Source of the DNA: Candidatus Micrarchaeota archaeon
Lineage (GTDB): Archaea; Micrarchaeota; Micrarchaeia; Norongarragalinales; Norongarragalinaceae
Direction: 5' to 3'
DNA length: 36,095 nucleotides
Assembly: GCA_037444485.1 (NCBI GenBank)
Contig: JBBIMI010000008.1
Coordinates: 1 to 36,095 of the forward strand
Below the pieces are notes generated by a model. That model was not told the origin of the DNA, made no database searches, and was given only the letters and a program-made list of their open reading frames with translations. Each line of letters opens with the position of its first letter. Position 1 is the stretch's first letter. Position numbers and translations under genes: made by a program. This document shows, in pieces, positions 27,311 to 34,446 of this stretch.

Positions 27311-27587
27311 AAAAAACAAACTAAAAATAACAAAAAAACAAAAAACCCAAAAAAACAACAAAAAACAAAAACAAAAAAAACAAACTAAAAATAACAAAAA
27401 AACAAAAAACAACAAAACAAACAACAAAAAACAAAACAACAAAAAACAAACTAAAAATAACAAAAAAACAAAAAACAACAAAACAAACAACAAAAAACAA
27501 AACAACAAAAAACAAAAACAAAAAAAAACAAACTAAAAATAACAAAAAAACAAAACAACAAAAAACAAAACAACAAAAAACAAAATT
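27311..27587. repeat. G-free A/C-rich degenerate tandem repeat (about 275 bp)
   Basis: Core caaactaaaaataacaaaaaaacaaaa at about 27317, 27381, 27447 and 27529, separated by aac/aaac units. Confidence 0.92.
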
Positions 27588-27591
27588 GTTT

Positions 27592-27723
27592 TTACTCTGC
27601 TTTCGTTTTGACTACCACCGGCGGAGTTTTCTTAAAGAAAACCTTGCTCCCGCAGTACGGACAATTTATGAACTCCATTTCTTCATTCTTGAATTCCTTC
27701 CCACACTTTGAACAAACGTACAT
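27592..27723 (-). CDS. rpoP: RNA polymerase subunit P (Rpo12; not in ORF track)
   Basis: MYVCSKCGKEFKNEEMEFINCPYCGSKVFFKKTPPVVVKTKAE; SD GGCGGTG. Confidence 0.92.
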   Translation of the reverse strand: MYVCSKCGKEFKNEEMEFINCPYCGSKVFFKKTPPVVVKTKAE

Positions 27724-27900
27724 GCGAACACCGCCTTCCAGACAAACAAAAATCAATCTCGATAGATGCTAAAAAACACGAATTACTTCCAATAAAGCTT
27801 GAAGCGAATCCACACTAAAATTAGTTTAAACGCGGAAAAACAGCGTTCAACTAACGCGCTTGCATTCTCCAAGCTCAAGAAAATAAAATGCGCGTACGGC

Positions 27901-27917
27901 TTATTAAACCTTTTCCA
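27901..27917 (-). promoter_or_regulatory. BRE-TATA, probable promoter of the rpoP-rpl3 operon
   Basis: GGAAAAGG-TTTAATAA on minus strand. Confidence 0.5.
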
Positions 27918-28004
27918 CGAAACCCGCGCTGCGAAAAAAATTAATTAAAATGATTCCGTTTCAAGAAAGCAGCTTGCTGCACCATTACCTTCAACATAAA
28001 GCGT

Positions 28005-28415
28005 TCATACGACTTTTTTCTTGTATTCCTCGCGTATTTCTTGCGTCAAGCGAAGCGCGTCGGACTGCACTAAAAAAAGTTTTTTCTCGACTGCAGCCAT
28101 CTTTTCCTTGAATTGCTTGACTTTATTCGCGTCAAGCCGGTTTTTCTTTTTCGACAACACTCCTTGCTTTACTAAAGAGTGAAACTCGTCTGCTTGTAGG
28201 ACGAGTTCTTCGAGCTCGAGCGCGACCGTCACGACGTCGAGATTTAAGAGAAAAATTTTCTTGTTCAAGTAATCGCTGAAGTACTGGTTGGCGCCTAAGT
28301 GCTGCGCGAAGTCGGCGAGCACGCGCAGCGAGTCTTTGAAGCCGCTGATTTTATCCAAATGCAAGCCGTACTCGCACACGAGTTCCTTCTCTATTTGTTG
28401 TTCTAACTTGCGCAC
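28005..28415 (-). CDS. Hypothetical helical/coiled-coil protein
   Basis: 136-aa ORF, GTG start after GGGGTG, host-like codon usage; no recognised motif. Confidence 0.7.
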   Translation of the reverse strand: MRKLEQQIEKELVCEYGLHLDKISGFKDSLRVLADFAQHLGANQYFSDYLNKKIFLLNLDVVTVALELEELVLQADEFHSLVKQGVLSKKKNRLDANKVKQFKEKMAAVEKKLFLVQSDALRLTQEIREEYKKKVV

Positions 28416-28439
28416 TTTAACACACCCCGATTTTTTCAG

Positions 28440-28553
28440 AGCCTCTGAGGGGATTTGAACCCCTGACTTCGTGCTTTACGGCGTCACGCCACGCATTTTT
28501 TGAGGGGACGCTGGTTACCATGCACGCACTCTGCCAGTCTGAGTTACAGAGGC
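28440..28553 (-). tRNA. tRNA-Thr(GGT) with 40-nt canonical intron at 37/38 (28476-28515)
   Basis: Acceptor GCCTCTG/CAGAGGC-T; anticodon stem CGTGC/GCACG; BHB central helix ATGG/CCGT. Confidence 0.9.
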
Positions 28554-28664
28554 GACGTAAAAGTTTTTTGATAAAGGTTTTTTGATAAAGATTATTAACA
28601 ACGATGTATAAAATGATTTACTTGAAAACATTCTGTTTTTTACTTCGAAAAGGGTTTAAAGTTT

Positions 28665-28823
28665 ATGGGAAAATTTCCGATTGCCGACAAAGCGTTGCTG
28701 CAAGTGTGGATTTGCCGCAAGTGTAAAGCCCGCAATCCGCGCGGCGCCGAGAAATGCAGAAAATGTTTTTCAACGCACTTGCGTCCCAAGCGCGCGAAGA
28801 AGAAGGAAGCGAAAGGCAAGTAA
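28665..28823 (+). CDS. rpl40e: 50S ribosomal protein eL40 (not in ORF track)
   Basis: MGKFPIADKALLQVWICRKCKARNPRGAEKCRKCFSTHLRPKRAKKKEAKGK. Confidence 0.95.
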   Translation: MGKFPIADKALLQVWICRKCKARNPRGAEKCRKCFSTHLRPKRAKKKEAKGK

Positions 28824-28891
28824 GCACGCCGCCGAAAGCAGTTTAAACTAGTTTTATTAGCGCGAGCAACACAAATTATTTTTGGTTTGGC

Positions 28892-29013
28892 GCAGGGGTG
28901 GCCGAGACCGACGTAAACGCGAATGATTCCGGCGGCGGCAGCCTGGTCAAAAGCGCAGGACTTAAGATCCTGTGAGGTTAGCCTCTTCGAGGGTTCAAAT
29001 CCCTTCCCCTGCA
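28892..29013 (+). tRNA. tRNA-Leu(TAA) with 35-nt intron at 15/16 (28907-28941)
   Basis: Acceptor GCAGGGG/CCCCTGC-A; CAGGA-CTTAAGA-TCCTG; variable arm GAGG-TTAG-CCTC; BHB central helix GCCG/CGGC. Confidence 0.9.
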
Positions 29014-29091
29014 CTCTACTCTTAGAAGCGTGTTGGAAGCAGGAAGAGAGTAAAAGAGTACTCGTTTCACGTTCCCAGCTTTCGAAGTCAT

Positions 29092-29733
29092 TCAAGCAAT
29101 TCTCTCGTAATAATCTAGATTTTGGCTTACGCTCTTCGCGTAAGCGTAAGGCTTTGCTTTGCCTGAAGAAACCGGGCAAAACATTCTATCGCCAGCGCTC
29201 GCGGTGCAGTGAACGTTTCGAGGCCCAGCGTTGTAAGCGCAAAAACCGTAAAACAAGTTGTTGTCACATAATTGCAAGTATTTGGCTAAAATCTTGGCGC
29301 CGCAGTGGACGTTCGCGTCCACGTTCCACAACTGGTTTGACTCGAGCCCGCACTCGCTGCGGCCAGTTGCAGGCAATATTTGCATTAACCCGACTTCGTA
29401 ATCCCCACCGAGTGAAGTCGCGTCAAACCCGCTTTCGCGTTTTATGATCGCGCAAATTGCGTAAGGGTCTATCTTGTAAAACTCGGCTGCTTTTTGAATA
29501 ATGGAATCCACCATGCTGCCTGGAATGAAGCCATTCCTCGTTTTTACTGTCGCGGGCGCGCACTTGACAACTTCTTTCCCAGTAGACGGCGGCTTTAAGT
29601 CGGCAGGCAGCGGCTTTACGACGCTTGGCAAGTAGTCAAAGCGAATCACGAGCTCGTTGAAGCCAGCTGCTGAAAAATTGTTCAACAAAAGCAAGAGCAC
29701 GAGCGCAACTGCAAGCGCTTTAGTCGATTGCAT
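29092..29733 (-). CDS. Secreted lytic transglycosylase (SLT / GH23 lysozyme-like domain)
   Basis: Signal peptide; AIIKRESGF (catalytic Glu-Ser), GLMQILPAT, NVHCGAKIL and AYNAG motifs in SLT family order. Confidence 0.92.
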   Translation of the reverse strand: MQSTKALAVALVLLLLLNNFSAAGFNELVIRFDYLPSVVKPLPADLKPPSTGKEVVKCAPATVKTRNGFIPGSMVDSIIQKAAEFYKIDPYAICAIIKRESGFDATSLGGDYEVGLMQILPATGRSECGLESNQLWNVDANVHCGAKILAKYLQLCDNNLFYGFCAYNAGPRNVHCTASAGDRMFCPVSSGKAKPYAYAKSVSQNLDYYERIA

Positions 29734-29789
29734 GAGGAATGAAGAGAATGAGGAAGTTAAAAAAGATTTTGAAAAAAAGAAAAAAAGCG

Positions 29790-30076
29790 TTTTACTGCCC
29801 GCGCTTACTTAATCGAACTTGCTTTATCGATCATACTTTAATAAGCTACGCTTAAAGGTGAAATTCCAGTAATTTTAGTATGCTGCCCAGCTTGCGTTGA
29901 CGGAAACCATTGTCTTTGCGCGTATAACGCGAGGCGTCGAGGCCCGCGCCGCCCACGCGAACGAAGCCAACCGCCCCGCAGGCGCCTGCAAAAACCGGCA
30001 AACAAGCGAAGCGAAACAATTACAAATATTAGGGTTGATTCGTCCCGCGACTGAACTCGCGGAATTTCTCAACCAG
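29790..30076 (-). ncRNA. Putative structured non-coding RNA of unknown family
   Basis: Multiple helices with many G-U pairs on the minus strand, an 8-bp long-range pairing and a downstream oligo-T tract; no convincing ORF. Confidence 0.45.
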
Positions 30077-30099
30077 ACATGTTTAGTTACTGTGTTTAG

Positions 30100-30429
30100 T
30101 TACTGGATGTACTTCTTGAGCAATTCGACAGCGCGTTTTATGCTTTGCGCAATTTGCCGTTCGCTCTTCGCGCCCGAGCATATCACCTTGCCGTTCTTGA
30201 AGAGCAAGAGAGTAGTTCCGATTTCCTTTAACCGCATTATCGCGCCCGGAAATTGTTCCGGTTCGTACTCGACGTTATTCACTTTCATCGCGATGTTGAA
30301 TAAGTCGAGTTCCACGTTCAAGTTCGCGCTCGCCACGATGTTTTCGACTTTGAAGCTCGTATTGATTTTCCTGCGAACTCCCTTCCTGGTTTTAACGATT
30401 TTTGTTCCACCCACTTCGCCGCCCACCAC
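30100..30429 (-). CDS. Single-repeat TATA-box-binding-protein (TBP)-like protein
   Basis: One TBP repeat: ENIVASA, YEPEQFPG, LLLFKNGKVICSGAK; in-frame stop upstream at 30487-30489; own TATA-like TATTAAAA at about 30456-30463. Confidence 0.9.
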   Translation of the reverse strand: MVGGEVGGTKIVKTRKGVRRKINTSFKVENIVASANLNVELDLFNIAMKVNNVEYEPEQFPGAIMRLKEIGTTLLLFKNGKVICSGAKSERQIAQSIKRAVELLKKYIQ

Positions 30430-30489
30430 CTGAGAAAAAGCCGATGAACCAGCCTTTTTAATAGTTAGAGTTGTGCTTGCAAGTGTTTA

Positions 30490-30506
30490 AAAACCTTTAT
30501 ATATTG
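30490..30506 (+). promoter_or_regulatory. Probable BRE-TATA of the rpl21e operon
   Basis: aaaaacc-tttatata. Confidence 0.45.
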
Positions 30507-30644
30507 CTTTCAGGAACAAGTAATAGGAAGGGTAATAGGAAAAAGAGAAAAGCGCGGGGGAAGCTGGCGGCAGGAAACACAACGAATTTTTTCTTGCACT
30601 AATTCTCTCAGTCTACAAAAAGAGGAGAAAAGGGGTTTAGAGGC

Positions 30645-30923
30645 ATGAAAAAATCTCACGGCGGTTATTCGAGCAGAAGCAGGCTGTTGAAAGCAAAGTC
30701 GCGCTTGAGCGCAGCAAGACACTTGCAAGAGTTTAAGGAAGGCGAACGCGTGCGCATAGACGTTAACCCTAGTTTTCTGCACGGCAAGCCAAACACGCTT
30801 CGCTTTAACCGCAGGGTAGCCCGCGTAGTGCGTAAGCAGGGAAGCGCTTACGTAATCGAATTGAATGACTTGGGCAAGAAAAAACAACTTGTTCTTTCAA
30901 ACATTCACTTAAAAAAACTTTGA
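30645..30923 (+). CDS. rpl21e: 50S ribosomal protein eL21
   Basis: SHGGYSSRSRLLK, FKEGERVRIDVNPS, DLGKKKQLV..IHLK. Confidence 0.96.
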   Translation: MKKSHGGYSSRSRLLKAKSRLSAARHLQEFKEGERVRIDVNPSFLHGKPNTLRFNRRVARVVRKQGSAYVIELNDLGKKKQLVLSNIHLKKL

Positions 30924-30975
30924 TTCAACTGGTTAAACAACGACGGCATTAAAACCGTTAGAGGTGTTTTAAGGC

Positions 30976-31314
30976 GTGAAAGTTATTTCTGAAAAAAATG
31001 TTTCACTGCGCGAAGCGCTTTCACTCTTGGAAAAAAGAAAGAAGGATGGCGAGCTTGGTTACGAACAACAAAACACGCTGGACTACCTGCAAGAGTTTGC
31101 TGCCCTCAACGAGAAAGACTCTAATGCGCTTGAAAAAGAACTCTGCGGGTTAGGTTTGACTGAAGAGCAAGCAATTTCTATAACAAACATCATGCCTAAA
31201 AAAGAGGAAGAAGTGCGCGCGGTTCTCGCCGGAAACAAAACCATTACTCTAGAACTCGTGAAAAACATCCTCAAAACCGTTAAGAAGTACAAGCCAGAAA
31301 AAAATAGGGAATAA
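30976..31314 (+). CDS. rpoF: RNA polymerase subunit F (Rpo4)
   Basis: LGYEQQNTLDYLQEF, ITNIMPKKEEEVRAV; L21e-rpoF-DUF655-ksgA synteny. Confidence 0.93.
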   Translation: MKVISEKNVSLREALSLLEKRKKDGELGYEQQNTLDYLQEFAALNEKDSNALEKELCGLGLTEEQAISITNIMPKKEEEVRAVLAGNKTITLELVKNILKTVKKYKPEKNRE

Positions 31315-31337
31315 ACTCAAGCACTCAAGCAAACCCG

Positions 31338-31392
31338 AAAAAACAAAAAACAACAAAAAACAAAAACAAAAACAAAAACAAAAAAACAAAAA
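31338..31392. repeat. A/C low-complexity tract
   Basis: Reiterated aaaaac units between rpoF and DUF655. Confidence 0.8.
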
Positions 31393-31456
31393 TTTGGGGG
31401 GAAAGGAAGAAATTTGTTTGAAGAAAATTTAGGAAAAACAGTGTTGGTGTATAAAA

Positions 31457-32020
31457 ATGTTTCAACGCGAGGAATACGCGATAGTCTTAGACTTTCTACC
31501 GCACGGCAAGGCAGGCGAAGCAGCCCGCGAGCCGGTAGCGCAATTGATAGGCGAAAACAAGTTCACTCTTCTTGAAGCCATCCCAAAGCCGGACGTGAAG
31601 TTAGAGGTCGGCGAACGCGTTTACATTGGGCGCGGCGTGCGCGATAAAATCGGGCGAATTCGCGGGCGAATCAACTTCAGCGATTTGACTAGCGCGGCGC
31701 AGAATGAAGCCAAACGCGCCATAAAACAATTAATCAAGGAACGTGAAGCGTTTTTCGTGGACTTCTTCAACAAAGCTGGACCCATAAACATTCGTGCGCA
31801 CACGCTTGAACACATTCCTTCAGTAGGCAAGAAACACTTGCAAGCAATTCTCGACGCGCGAAAACAAAAACCCTTCGAATCCTTTAAAGACATTCAAACG
31901 CGAGTGCCACACTTGCAGAAAATAGACGAGCTTTTGCTTGAACGAATTCTGCACGAGCTTACAGGCCACGCTAAGCATTACTTGTTCACGAAACCGCCTT
32001 CCAGACACTATGAAGAATAG
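31457..32020 (+). CDS. DUF655 family putative nucleic-acid-binding protein (HhH)
   Basis: EEYAIVLDFLPHG, FTLLE, GERVYIG, RAHTLEHIPSVGKK, PFESFKDI. Confidence 0.93.
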   Translation: MFQREEYAIVLDFLPHGKAGEAAREPVAQLIGENKFTLLEAIPKPDVKLEVGERVYIGRGVRDKIGRIRGRINFSDLTSAAQNEAKRAIKQLIKEREAFFVDFFNKAGPINIRAHTLEHIPSVGKKHLQAILDARKQKPFESFKDIQTRVPHLQKIDELLLERILHELTGHAKHYLFTKPPSRHYEE

Positions 32021-32835
32021 GAGGAAACCGGGCGAAAAAAAAAGCGAAAAGGCGAAAGCTTATTTTCAAGAGCAAGCCGAGCAAGGCGTTAAGCCAAGTT
32101 TTTCTCGTAGACCGCGAGTTCGTGGAAAAAACAGCGGACGCGCTGCCACTTAAAGGCAAGACCGTGCTTGAAATAGGTGCTGGCACTGGAGTGCTTACGA
32201 GCGCGCTCGCGCGCAGAGCAAAACGCGTCATCGCGCTCGAAATCGACTCGCGGCTGCGCGAACAACTCTTGAAGCGGACTGCAGAGTTCAAGAACGTTGA
32301 AGTGAACTTCGTCGACGCGCGAAAATTCGATTTCGCTGGTTTCAAAACTATTTTCGGCAACCTTCCATACCATGCGAGCACGCCCCTCTTGTTAAAGATT
32401 CTGGAAAGCGATTTCGAGGAAGCCGTCTTATGCCTGCAGAAGGAATTCGCGGAACGCCTGGTCGCGCAGCCGGGCTCACGCGACTGGTCGCGGTTAAGCG
32501 TTGCAGCGCAGGCGAACGCCGACGTCAAAATCCTCTTTGAAATTCCGCGCTTTGCTTTCACGCCCGTCCCGAAAGTCGACAGTGCAGTCGTGTTTTTAAA
32601 GAAAAACAAGAAATTCGAGCTTGACGCAACACTCGTGAACGCGTTGTTCCAACACAAGAACCAGACAGTCAAAAACGCTTTGCTTCACTCGACGCGCGCG
32701 CTGGGTTTGAAAAAAAAAGCGCTGCTTGCTGCGCTGGAGAAAATTGGGAAGGAAAAAGAAAAGAAAGTTAGGATGCTCACGCTTGGAGAACTGACCGAGT
32801 TGACCAGCCGCTTCAAGAACAGCCGGCCACGCTGA
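32010..32835 (+). CDS. ksgA: 16S rRNA m6,2A dimethyltransferase KsgA/Dim1; ATG 32010 appears separated from the main frame by a slip in an A9 run
   Basis: KALSQVFLVD motif lies upstream of GTG 32122 in the same frame; VLEIGAGTG, GNLPY, QKEFAERL, FTPVPKVDS. Confidence 0.92.
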
Positions 32836-34210
32836 TTGTCCGCGTTTCGGAAACTCCGGCATTGCCTGCAGCGTCGGCAGCGTACACCTTGTAGGAATAG
32901 CTTGTCACGCTGCAGTTTGCCGCAATCGTCTCGCTTTCTTCAAAGTTCATTCCGGTTCCAGTCATAGTCTTATTAAAGCCGTTCCACTCAAGCGTTGCTG
33001 AAGCTACTGACTCCGAAATCGTCACGTTAATCGTGACCGACTCGTTTGCCGAAGTGTTCGAGTAAGCGTTTGCAGGCGTTGGAGAGACGAACGTCACCGT
33101 CGGCGGCGTGGTGTCGATGTGCAGCGTTCGGTTGCTTGAGGCGAAAGCATTGTTGCCAGCCGCATCGAAGCAGCGCACGTTCCAAATGAACGAGCCTTGG
33201 GTGGCGAACGTGTAAGCAATAGAATTAGCAGTGTTGTTGCTTATGCTCGTTATCGTCTGCACCGCGCTCCAAGGACTGGTCGTGTTAACCCACAAGCTGC
33301 AGTTCGCGAAAGCGTTGTTGTCTACGGGCGTGAACGAGAAAAGCTGGCTTAACGCTTCAGACTGCGAGTTGTCCGCAGGCGAGTTGAGAGTCACCGTCGG
33401 CGCAGTAGTGTCTGGACCTGCTGTTGTAGTGAAAGTGTAATCCTGTGAAACGCCGCATACTGTGGTAGAAGAACAACTCCAAACGCGGTAGTGGTAAGTA
33501 GTGCTCGCAGCCAATCCAGTGACGTTAACATGGTGGCTCGTCACTCCAGTCTCGCTGGAATTACTCACGTTAATTCCGTAACTCGTGCTTAACCCGTACT
33601 CTACTTTCGTGTCCGAACTCTTGTCAGTACTCCAAGTAATGTAAGCACTCGAAGAAGTAGTGGAAGCAGTTACAGAAGAAATCGTGGGCGGCTGCGATTC
33701 ATTAACTTGAATAGTTACAGTGACAGTGCATGAAGCGCTGTCTGCGCTCGCGCTCGCGGTTTGCGTTGTTGTCGAAGTAACGTTCGCGTAATGGCAAGTG
33801 CGTCCAGCGCCGTTCTGCGCAGAAATTTCAACTGTTTGCCCGGAATCAGAAGAAGTACACTTCATTAGCGCGCTAGTCACGTTTGAAGGCTTGTTGTAGA
33901 AAGTCGCGAAAATCACGCTGTCAAAAGGACCAACTGAAGAAGCCGGGTTTGCTGTTATGGTGCACGAGAATGCTGCTGGCGAGGGAGAAGGAGAAGGAGA
34001 AGGAGACGGCGAGGGGCTGGGTGAAGGAGAAGGACTCGGCGACGGGAAGAGAGTGACTTCGAGCGTTGGAGAAGGACTCGGGCTAGGTGAAGGTAGAGTG
34101 ATTGGTGAAGGCGAGGGAGTAGCACTCCATTGTTTTTCTTGAAGGCAACCGAACGCGAGCAAAGCCGCGCCGACTACGAACAAAGCAACTAGTTTGTTTC
34201 CGAAACTCAT
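32813..34210 (-). CDS. Surface lipoprotein with Pro/Ser linker and FN3/Ig-like domains
   Basis: ATG 34210, lipobox LLAFGC; (SP)n tract; ITWSTD..VEYG..GLAASTTYHYRV FN3-like; DTTAP/DTTPP and DAAGN Ig-like repeats. Confidence 0.85.
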   Translation of the reverse strand: MSFGNKLVALFVVGAALLAFGCLQEKQWSATPSPSPITLPSPSPSPSPTLEVTLFPSPSPSPSPSPSPSPSPSPSPSPAAFSCTITANPASSVGPFDSVIFATFYNKPSNVTSALMKCTSSDSGQTVEISAQNGAGRTCHYANVTSTTTQTASASADSASCTVTVTIQVNESQPPTISSVTASTTSSSAYITWSTDKSSDTKVEYGLSTSYGINVSNSSETGVTSHHVNVTGLAASTTYHYRVWSCSSTTVCGVSQDYTFTTTAGPDTTAPTVTLNSPADNSQSEALSQLFSFTPVDNNAFANCSLWVNTTSPWSAVQTITSISNNTANSIAYTFATQGSFIWNVRCFDAAGNNAFASSNRTLHIDTTPPTVTFVSPTPANAYSNTSANESVTINVTISESVASATLEWNGFNKTMTGTGMNFEESETIAANCSVTSYSYKVYAADAAGNAGVSETRTISVAGCS

Positions 34211-34437
34211 TTTTTCCTTACCTCTCCAAGAATTCTTTCCAAAACGCTTGACCCTCCCTTTTCTGGAATCACGAGCCAAGCGATCAAGTACAACAACGCT
34301 CCGAAACCAAAACTCAAGAGCGTCAAGACAACCCACACCAAGCGCACTAGCGTCGGGTCGACGTTGAAGTACTCGCCGATTCCCCCGCACACGCCTGCAA
34401 TAACCTTATTCTTTTCGGATAAAAAAAGCTTTCGCAT
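34207..34437 (-). CDS. pspC: PspC domain protein
   Basis: KVIAGVCGGIGEYFNVDPTLVRL...LYLIAWLVIP. Confidence 0.93.
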   Translation of the reverse strand: MRKLFLSEKNKVIAGVCGGIGEYFNVDPTLVRLVWVVLTLLSFGFGALLYLIAWLVIPEKGGSSVLERILGEVRKK

Positions 34438-34446
34438 TCTTCAAAA

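Noticed and set aside
27302..27545. Hydrophobic F/L/V/C ORFs in the ORF track
   Set aside because: Translation artefacts of the T/G-rich repeat strand
27311..27587. CRISPR array (27-bp core at about 65-80 bp spacing)
   Set aside because: Spacers are low-complexity and resemble each other, the repeat lacks CRISPR-like ends, and no cas genes are present
28440..28553. A32 in tRNA-Thr(GGT) as an anomaly
   Set aside because: A32 occurs in other Thr-GGU tRNAs and here pairs in the BHB helix
28640..29447. ORFs 28640-29179 (-) and 28923-29447 (+)
   Set aside because: Overlap rpl40e, tRNA-Leu and the SLT gene; shadow frames
29790..30076. Assignment as SRP RNA, RNase P RNA or rRNA fragment
   Set aside because: No helix-8 CAGG..GNRA..AGCAG or ACAGAA-type motif; GGTGAAATTC is too short a match to rRNA; left as unknown ncRNA
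29838..30080. ATG-TCT-GGT-TGA followed by a hairpin and an open frame (selenoprotein or readthrough idea)
   Set aside because: Readthrough product is Arg-rich and not protein-like; hairpin does not fit the archaeal SECIS pattern or location; no Sec machinery in the window
29013..30430. Provirus or integrated element at tRNA-Leu carrying the SLT gene
   Set aside because: No integrase, no duplicated tRNA 3' end (att site) seen, and composition is host-like
29897..30433. 178-aa plus-strand ORF
   Set aside because: Mostly an antisense shadow of the TBP-like gene with no motifs
34211..34390. N-terminal 60 aa of the 525-aa ORF
   Set aside because: Overlaps pspC; the lipoprotein signal begins at ATG 34210
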